Of a DNA stretch of 12,034 nucleotides, positions 6,455-12,034 are shown piece after piece. This DNA is from Armatimonadia bacterium. GTDB taxonomy: Bacteria; Armatimonadota; Zipacnadia; Zipacnadales; UBA11051. A model generated the notes under the pieces. The model saw only the letters and a list, made by a program, of their open reading frames with translations, did no database searches and was not told the origin of the DNA. Position 1 is the first letter of the stretch, and each line of letters opens with the position of its first letter. The stretch lies in contig JBDKRC010000216.1 in assembly GCA_039683575.1 (NCBI GenBank), forward strand, positions 1-12,034, given 5' to 3'. The translations under genes and the position numbers were made by a program.

Positions 6455-7993
6455 ATGTCTCGCCACACGAAGATCGCACGGGCCCTGTTCGTCGTAACCA
6501 TATTGCTGTCGATAGCGGTGGCCTACCATGTCACCACCCGGCCCTTGCTCGATATGCTGGGTTTCGTGCCCGATGACGCCTTCTACTATCTGCAGATCGC
6601 CCGCAACATTGCCGCTGGTTTGGGTTCGAGTTTCGACGGAGAGACCACCACCAACGGGTACCACCCGGCCTGGATGGTAGTGCTCGCGGGTTTCGCGCAT
6701 CTCATCCAGGGGCGCGAGGCTCTGCTCAGAACCGCTCTAGTGACGTGTTTCGCCCTCAACACTGCCACAGGGCTAGCGATTGCCTTACTGTTCAGGCGCT
6801 GGTTTGGCGCGGCGTGGGGTTGGACCGCAGGTGCCCTATGGTTTGTCTTCCCCTGGCCATATCTGCTGGCAACCCAGGTTGTGGAGGCAAGTCTTTACGC
6901 GCTTATTCTGGTGTTGGTGGCCCTGGCTGCCTCCAGTTTGGACGCACCCACGAACGGCGCGCCTTCGTCCGCTAAACAAGTGTTCCTGTTGGGCCTTGTG
7001 ATCGGGCTGGCCATAGTCGCACGGACCGAGGGGGTCGTGCTCCTTGTATGTGCACTGCCTTGGATCTTCTTCTGGGTCCGGGGGACTGGATCACGCCCAT
7101 CGGCGATGCAAGGCGGGCTGTATGCGGGCATACTGCTAGCAGGAGCAGCACTCGTCCTGGCTCCCCCGGCCCTGTACAGCTTGAGCCACTTCGGCGGGAT
7201 CTGTCAGGATAGCGGGGCCATGAAGCTGTTGTGGAAGTCTCCCCACCCGCCCCTTGTGGCGCTGAAGCTCAACATTCTGATTGTGGCCCCGGCTCTGCTT
7301 GCCGCCCTGGTCCTGCCTTACAGAAAAGCCATATGGGCGCAGAGCGTGCTCTGCCTCCTGGCGGCGACGTCCCTGCAGGCCCTCATCTACCGCGTGAGCT
7401 TCGCGGACATCCAGTTCTGGTATCTCGCTCTCCCCACGGTCACGCTGTTCATAGGCTTTCTGGCAGCGATCGCCGCCTGGACTGGCTCCTACCAGGCCGG
7501 CACCCGGACGCTGGTGCCGTGGCTGGCAATCGTGCTGTTTGGGCTGACTGGCGTCCTGTCAGTTGCCTACCAATGTCACGACATGGTCACCCTCAACTGC
7601 TATCCCTGGCAACGTGATGTATACACCTCCCAGCTAGCCATCAACCGCACGTTGCGCGAGACAGATCGCGTCGGCTGCTTCAATGCCGGCATTCCCGCCT
7701 ACTTCAGTGACCGCTTTGTCACGAACCTCGATGGCCTGGTGAATCACCAGATACACCCGTTCTACCTGACCCAGAGGATAGAGGATTACATCCGCCTCAA
7801 CCGGATAAGCGTGCTCTGTGATGAGAAGGACGCGCTGAGCCGCGCGTCGGGCTACATGACCCGCCCGCTCAATCTCGTGCCAGTCCAGAGGTATCCTCTA
7901 TCCGGATGGGGAGGTGCTGAGCAGTACCGGTACGTGTGGCAGGTCCGCAGCGCCCCTGAGCCGGAGCGAGCCCCTGCGGCCCGCCCAGACTAA
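6455..7993 (+). CDS. second polytopic GT-C-fold membrane glycosyltransferase-like protein
   Basis: 'PDDAFYYLQIARNIAAGLGSSFDGETTTNGYHPAW' after TM1, 'ARTEG', 'WYL' and C-terminal 'FNAGIPAYFSDRFVTNLDGLVN'. Many TM segments. SD GGAG at 6443-6446. Confidence 0.8.
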   Translation: MSRHTKIARALFVVTILLSIAVAYHVTTRPLLDMLGFVPDDAFYYLQIARNIAAGLGSSFDGETTTNGYHPAWMVVLAGFAHLIQGREALLRTALVTCFALNTATGLAIALLFRRWFGAAWGWTAGALWFVFPWPYLLATQVVEASLYALILVLVALAASSLDAPTNGAPSSAKQVFLLGLVIGLAIVARTEGVVLLVCALPWIFFWVRGTGSRPSAMQGGLYAGILLAGAALVLAPPALYSLSHFGGICQDSGAMKLLWKSPHPPLVALKLNILIVAPALLAALVLPYRKAIWAQSVLCLLAATSLQALIYRVSFADIQFWYLALPTVTLFIGFLAAIAAWTGSYQAGTRTLVPWLAIVLFGLTGVLSVAYQCHDMVTLNCYPWQRDVYTSQLAINRTLRETDRVGCFNAGIPAYFSDRFVTNLDGLVNHQIHPFYLTQRIEDYIRLNRISVLCDEKDALSRASGYMTRPLNLVPVQRYPLSGWGGAEQYRYVWQVRSAPEPERAPAARPD

Positions 7994-8011
7994 CCACTCC
8001 CCTCCCCTCGC

Positions 8012-8052
8012 GTAGGTGGGTGCGTCCCGCACCAACACGTCCCGCACCCACA
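8012..8052 (+). repeat. GTAG REP-like hairpin with a 15-nt tandem duplication
   Basis: GTAG-GTGGGTGCG-TCC-CGCACCAAC. 8023-8037 is repeated at 8038-8052 with one mismatch. Confidence 0.7.
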
Positions 8053-8070
8053 CCCCCTCCCATCCGTCCT

Positions 8071-8095
8071 CTGTACGAGCGATCACCGATCGCGA
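8071..8095 (+). repeat. REP-like hairpin, GTA(C/G)GA-GCG..CGC-GA family
   Basis: CTGTACGA-GCGATC-ACC-GATCGC-GA. Flanks and length identical to 1881-1905. Confidence 0.75.
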
Positions 8096-8113
8096 CCGTC
8101 CCCGATATACCCC

Positions 8114-8142
8114 TTGACTCACCTCCACTGACCTGATAGTAT
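8114..8142 (+). promoter_or_regulatory. sigma70-type promoter of the ArsR-rhodanese operon
   Basis: TTGACT (8114-8119), 17-nt spacer, TAGTAT (8137-8142), with a TGn extension at 8134-8136. Confidence 0.75.
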
Positions 8143-8169
8143 TCAACTACTTTCTAAAATAGTTAAATA
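8140..8169. promoter_or_regulatory. AT-rich 14-2-14 inverted repeat, putative ArsR operator
   Basis: TATTCAACTACTTT-CT-AAAATAGTTAAATA, 12/14 complementary. It overlaps the -10 and the expected start site directly upstream of an ArsR gene. Confidence 0.75.
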
Positions 8170-8180
8170 GGAAACTAACC

Positions 8181-8846
8181 ATGTCCACTCCCTGCGACGC
8201 CCTCAAGGATGCCCTTTACGAGCAGCTCACCCGCCTCACCAGCGCCATGAGCCATCCTAAGCGGCTCCTCACTCTCGACCTCCTCGCCCAGGGCCCCCGC
8301 ACCGTTGAGGTCCTTGCGCGTGAGATCGGCATGTCCGTGGCCAGCACCTCGCAGCACCTGCGCGCGCTCAAGCAAGCACGTCTGGTCGAAAGCGAGAAAT
8401 CCGGCCTCTACGTCACCTACCGTCTCGCCGACGAGTATGTCTATCGCCTGCTCGACGCCCTGCGGGACGTCGGGGACAGCCGCCTCGCGGAGATTGAGCA
8501 GATCGTCCGCCAGGCCCGCGCTGGTCGGGCTTTCGAGCCGATGACACGCCAGGAGGCGATGCAATGCCTCCGCAAGCGCGAGTCCGTGCTCGTGGATGTC
8601 CGGCCCAAAGAGGAATACGACGCCGGCCACATACCCAGCGCCATCTCAATCCCCCTGGCGGAGCTTGACCAACGCCTGGAGGAGCTACCAAAGGAGAAGC
8701 TGATCGTTGTCTACTGCCGCGGAACCTACTGCTTCCTGGCCTTGCAGGCTGTGGAACTGCTGCGCCAGAAGGGCTTCCGCGCGCGGCATCTGGAGGAGGG
8801 CGTGCGTGACTTCTCCGCCAGCGGCGTGAAGCTGGAAACCGGATAG
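8181..8846 (+). CDS. ArsR/SmtB-family transcriptional regulator fused to a rhodanese domain
   Basis: N-terminal wHTH 'HPKRLLTLDLLAQGPRTVEVLAREIGMSVASTSQHLRALKQARLV...G..VTYRL'. C-terminal rhodanese 'LVDVRPKEEYDAGHIPSAISIP...VVYCRGTYC...LEEG'. Confidence 0.95.
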   Translation: MSTPCDALKDALYEQLTRLTSAMSHPKRLLTLDLLAQGPRTVEVLAREIGMSVASTSQHLRALKQARLVESEKSGLYVTYRLADEYVYRLLDALRDVGDSRLAEIEQIVRQARAGRAFEPMTRQEAMQCLRKRESVLVDVRPKEEYDAGHIPSAISIPLAELDQRLEELPKEKLIVVYCRGTYCFLALQAVELLRQKGFRARHLEEGVRDFSASGVKLETG

Positions 8847-8867
8847 GCGCACCAAAGGAGTACCGAT

Positions 8868-9578
8868 ATGACTGAATTGGCAACCAAGACAACTCAACCC
8901 TCGCCTGCGGTCGTCGTCCGCCGCAACCGCGATGGCTTCTTCACCCGCCGCGGCATGAAGATGATCCTCTGGACCATCCTGCCCGCCGTAATCATCCTCG
9001 GCTTCTTTGTGCCGGTGGTGGGCTTCTCGCTGCTCCTGTGCATGGCTGGCGCGGTGGGCATCTCCTTCTGGCGTGGCCGCGCCTGGTGTGACGTCTGCCC
9101 CCGTGGCGCTTTCCTGGACATCGTGATGAAGCCCATCGGCGGTAAGCGCCCCATCCCGCGCCTGCTGCGCAGCACGGCCTTCCGCATCATCGTGCTCGCC
9201 TTCGTCATGGGGATGATGGGCACCCGTCTGGCCATGACGTGGGGCGACTACAGCGCCATGGGCTTTGTGTTCATCACCCTGCTCACCGTCACGACCGTAG
9301 TCGGCCTGATCCTGGCGCTCTTCTACAACCCGCGCACCTGGTGCACCATCTGCCCGATGGGCAGCATGGCCACTTGGATCGGCAAGCACAAGCAGCCCCT
9401 GCAGGTGGACAACAATGCCTGCATCTCCTGCAACGCCTGCAAGAAGGCCTGCCCGATGGAGCTCAACCCCGAGGCCTCTCGCGAGGCCGGAGAGATGCGC
9501 CACGGCGACTGCCTCAAGTGCTCCGCCTGCGTCGTCTCCTGTCCGAAGAACGCCCTGTCGTGGAAAAAGACTGCTTAG
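8868..9578 (+). CDS. membrane-bound 4Fe-4S binding protein (NapH/MauN/FixG-like)
   Basis: Four TM segments, two 'WCxxCPxG' motifs (WCDVCPRG, WCTICPMG) and two ferredoxin motifs (CISCNACKKACP, CLKCSACVVSCP). SD AAAGGAG at 8854-8860. Confidence 0.9.
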   Translation: MTELATKTTQPSPAVVVRRNRDGFFTRRGMKMILWTILPAVIILGFFVPVVGFSLLLCMAGAVGISFWRGRAWCDVCPRGAFLDIVMKPIGGKRPIPRLLRSTAFRIIVLAFVMGMMGTRLAMTWGDYSAMGFVFITLLTVTTVVGLILALFYNPRTWCTICPMGSMATWIGKHKQPLQVDNNACISCNACKKACPMELNPEASREAGEMRHGDCLKCSACVVSCPKNALSWKKTA

Positions 9579-9596
9579 GAAGAGGATGTGAAGACT

Positions 9597-10460
9597 ATGC
9601 GTATCTATGTCGCCCTGCTGCTTGGTCTCGCCGCAGCCACCGCCGCGATGGCTACCCCGTGGTTCACCCAGGACCCGCGCACCCTCCCCGAGGACAAGTG
9701 GCGCATCGAGGAGCACGTTCTCTTCTCGGAGGTGGACAGCGCCCTCGTTGACGGCGACAAGGTCCCGCTACCCGCCGGCAAGTTCAGCAGCCTGACGGCC
9801 CACACCCGTATCCGCTACGGCGTCGAAGATAACCTGACCGTGTTCCTCGACGTCCCGTGGGTCCGCAAGCGCTGGACCGCCCCCAGTGGCGACGTGACCA
9901 CCGCCGACGGTCTCGGTGATATGCTGCTCCTGGCCAAGGGCAAGTACTACGACAACAAGGCCGAGCGTTCCCGCCGTGCCTGGGCCGTGTCGCTAAAGAC
10001 CCACACCGGCGACGCGCGCGGCCTTGCGGCCCCCCTCGCCCAGGGCAGCGGCACCACCGACTTCAGCCTGATTCACCTTTGGGAGAAGGGCGTGGGGAAT
10101 ACAACGTGGTACGGCAGCCTCGGCTACACCATCACCGGCGACCGCCCCGACCTCGACCGCGATCCCGGTGATGTCACCATGTTCAACCTTGCCGCCGAGC
10201 ACAAACTCAACCCCAACTGGAACTTCGTCTGGGAGCTCAACGGCCGCTACGAGGGCAACACCGAAGACGCCAGCGGCCTGGTAGCCACCACCGGCGCCAC
10301 CACGGTCTCCTTCAGCCCCGGCTTCCAGTACAACCGCCCCAAACCAGGCGGAAAGCTCCTGACCCTCGAAGCCGGAGTACAGGTCCCGGTGATCAAACAC
10401 GGCGACGCCCAGGCCATCCAGGACTACCTCCTCTACGTCGGCGGCTACACCATCTTCTAG
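9597..10460 (+). CDS. outer-membrane beta-barrel channel, MetA/phenol-degradation-pathway (PF13557-like) transporter family
   Basis: Signal peptide MRIYVALLLGLAAATAAMA, amphipathic beta-strands, family-like 'GLGD..L..K', 'GSGTTD', 'PGD', 'SPGFQY' and 'GVQVPV', and a terminal YTIF (BAM-type C-terminal Phe). Alternative start GTG 9588. Confidence 0.78.
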   Translation: MRIYVALLLGLAAATAAMATPWFTQDPRTLPEDKWRIEEHVLFSEVDSALVDGDKVPLPAGKFSSLTAHTRIRYGVEDNLTVFLDVPWVRKRWTAPSGDVTTADGLGDMLLLAKGKYYDNKAERSRRAWAVSLKTHTGDARGLAAPLAQGSGTTDFSLIHLWEKGVGNTTWYGSLGYTITGDRPDLDRDPGDVTMFNLAAEHKLNPNWNFVWELNGRYEGNTEDASGLVATTGATTVSFSPGFQYNRPKPGGKLLTLEAGVQVPVIKHGDAQAIQDYLLYVGGYTIF

Positions 10461-10470
10461 TTGCCAGCAG

Positions 10471-10494
10471 GTAGGAGCGCTCCCCTGAGCGCGA
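10471..10494 (+). repeat. GTAG REP-like hairpin, GTA(C/G)GA-GCG..CGC-GA family
   Basis: GTAGGA-GCGCTC-CCCT-GAGCGC-GA, 10 nt after the barrel stop codon. Confidence 0.72.
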
Positions 10495-10630
10495 CCGGGG
10501 ACCGTTGCACCTTCTGGGCGGCCACAGTGTCTTTGCTTCGCCTTCATGGTCGTTGGTTCGTGCACACGGCCTTTCGTTCGCCCACACTGCCGTCTGGCTC
10601 GCCGCTGCCACAACGCACCCATCTCTTCTA

Positions 10631-10713
10631 ACCCCGAAGGGGTGACCGACTATAGCCAGGGGTGAAACCCCTGGTAGCGCGCCACCCTCCTCTTGCTGAC
10701 CCCAAAGGGGTCA
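10631..10713. repeat. triple-hairpin non-autonomous element (ACCCC-GAA-GGGGT type)
   Basis: ACCCC-GAA-GGGGT (10631-10643), CCAGGGGT-GAA-ACCCCTGG (10656-10674) and TGACCCC-AAA-GGGGTCA (10697-10713). Confidence 0.75.
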
Positions 10714-10729
10714 CCCGCCGGACAAGACC

Positions 10730-10762
10730 AAAACGGGGACAGACCATCACGGTCTGTCCCCG
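10730..10762 (-). terminator. perfect 12-bp hairpin, likely terminator of the aminotransferase (GGGGACAGACC-type palindrome)
   Basis: CGGGGACAGACC-ATCAC-GGTCTGTCCCCG (10734-10762). On the minus strand it is followed by TTTT and lies 30 nt after the stop at 10793. Confidence 0.6.
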
Positions 10763-10776
10763 CTTCTCGCCTTTAC

Positions 10777-10805
10777 TATCAACCATCAACGATCAACCAT
10801 TCAAC
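10777..10805. repeat. heptamer tandem repeat (NATCAAC)x3 plus one 8-nt variant
   Basis: TATCAAC CATCAAC GATCAAC CATTCAAC. It overlaps the aminotransferase stop codon. Confidence 0.75.
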
Positions 10806-12034
10806 TCCCCCATCGCCGCCTCAATCCCCGCCTCAAACTGCCCCAGCATCCACCCGCACTCATCCTCCGTCATGCTCAGGGCCGGCGCAACTACGATGAT
10901 GTCACCATTGGCCCGCAGGATCATGCCATTGCGGTAGGCCCAGTCACGCATCCACGTCCCGAGCCCCAGCCCGCTCTTGAGGTTCAGCGCCCACAGCAGC
11001 CCGATCCCGCTCGCCTCCCCGACGATATCATACTGCTGCCGCATCTCCTCCAGCCGCGCCCTGATCTCCTCCCCTCGCACCCGCGCGTTCTCCACCAGAC
11101 CCTCCCGCTCGATGATCCCGATATTCGCCAGCGTCGCCGCACATGCTACCGTATGCCCGCCGTAAGTGCTCCCTGACCGTAGCTCCGTCCCCGGTCCCTG
11201 CCTGAACACCTCCGCCACCTGGGGCGTCGCCACCGTCGCCCCCAGCGGTATGAACCCGCCCGTGAACCCCTTGCCCACGGTCATGATGTCCGGCGTCACG
11301 CCCTCATGCTCGCAAAAGAACCACTTACCCGTATGCCCGAACCCCGTCTGCACCTCGTCAAAGATCAGCAGGATCCCATGCCGGTCGCAGAGTTCGCGCA
11401 CGCCCTGCAAGTACCCCTTCGGTGGCAGCGGATACCCCGTATTCGACCCCGGCAGCGGGTCCATGATGAACCCCGCGATTGTCTGCGCCCCCTCGTCCTC
11501 GATCAGCTTCTCAATCTCCGCCAGGCACGCCTTGCCATACTCCTCCGAGGTCATCCCCTCCGGCTTGTCCCGCTCCCGCGCCGCTCCCACAAACAGCGCC
11601 CCTGGCATCAGCGGCTCAAAATACTCCCGAAACCACTTCAGCCCCGTGACCGCCCCGCCCCCCAGCGTCGTCGCGTGATACGAATCCCGCCGCGCGATGA
11701 ACTTGAAGCGATGGCACTCCCCCCGCTCCACATGATACTGCCGCGCCATCTTCAGCGCCGTCTCATTCGCCTCCGACCCACTGTTTACGAAGAAGCTGAC
11801 CCCGAGGTCCCCCGGCATCAACTCCTCCATCTTCCGCGCCAGTTCAATCAGCGGCACGGTAAACGCATCCACATAGTTGGGGAAGAACTCGAGCCGCTCC
11901 ATCTGCGCCGTCACCGCCGCCGTCACCTCAGGCCGCACATGCCCGCACACCGTCGTCAGCAGCGTCGCAAAAGTATCGAAGTACTTGTTGCCCTCAATAT
12001 CCCAGACATAGCACCCCTCCCCGCGCACAAACAC
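10793..12034 (-). CDS. class III PLP-dependent aminotransferase (BioA/omega-amino acid transaminase family), 5' end outside the window
   Basis: 'FVRGEGCYVWDIEGNKYFD', 'NSGSEANETALKMARQY', 'SYHATT', 'LLIFDEVQTGFGHTGKWF', 'PDIMTVGKGFTGG' (PLP lysine) and 'TYGGH'. The ORF runs off the window edge, so the track's 'M' is an internal GTG. Confidence 0.95.
   Translation of the reverse strand: MFVRGEGCYVWDIEGNKYFDTFATLLTTVCGHVRPEVTAAVTAQMERLEFFPNYVDAFTVPLIELARKMEELMPGDLGVSFFVNSGSEANETALKMARQYHVERGECHRFKFIARRDSYHATTLGGGAVTGLKWFREYFEPLMPGALFVGAARERDKPEGMTSEEYGKACLAEIEKLIEDEGAQTIAGFIMDPLPGSNTGYPLPPKGYLQGVRELCDRHGILLIFDEVQTGFGHTGKWFFCEHEGVTPDIMTVGKGFTGGFIPLGATVATPQVAEVFRQGPGTELRSGSTYGGHTVACAATLANIGIIEREGLVENARVRGEEIRARLEEMRQQYDIVGEASGIGLLWALNLKSGLGLGTWMRDWAYRNGMILRANGDIIVVAPALSMTEDECGWMLGQFEAGIEAAMGELNG

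Noticed and set aside
10495..10625. Possible structured RNA (CAGTGT/ACACTG pairing) in the convergent spacer
   Set aside because: Only short scattered pairings and no recognisable family motif.
10631..10805. CRISPR array or autonomous IS
   Set aside because: No identical repeats with regular unique spacers, and no cas or transposase ORF.
461..11678. Numerous long alternative-frame and antisense ORFs (e.g. 3182-3889, 5407-6060, 8685-9716, 9993-10622, 11166-11678)
   Set aside because: They overlap well-supported genes, have low-complexity composition and no motifs, and are expected in GC-rich DNA with few stops.

Overview
GC-rich bacterial window, probably from a diderm, since it encodes an outer-membrane beta-barrel. 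It has no RNA genes, CRISPR array or transposase. From left to right: (1) a truncated minus-strand Kelch/Asp-box beta-propeller gene that the ORF track missed; (2) a co-oriented run of five genes: a spore-photoproduct-lyase-like radical SAM protein with atypical residues, a close SpsE-type NeuB nonulosonic-acid synthase whose best start codon is ATA, a Gfo/Idh/MocA oxidoreductase and two GT-C-fold membrane glycosyltransferases, the second compositionally foreign; (3) a compact operon of an ArsR-rhodanese regulator, a NapH-like membrane ferredoxin and an OM beta-barrel, with a clear promoter and operator; (4) a convergent, 5'-truncated class III aminotransferase. Most intergenic spaces hold short palindromic elements from several families. 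These include a REP-like family whose stems co-vary between copies, and a related REP-like hairpin lying in frame inside a gene. The + strand is strongly C-rich whichever way the genes point. Family assignments come from motif recognition, not database searches.
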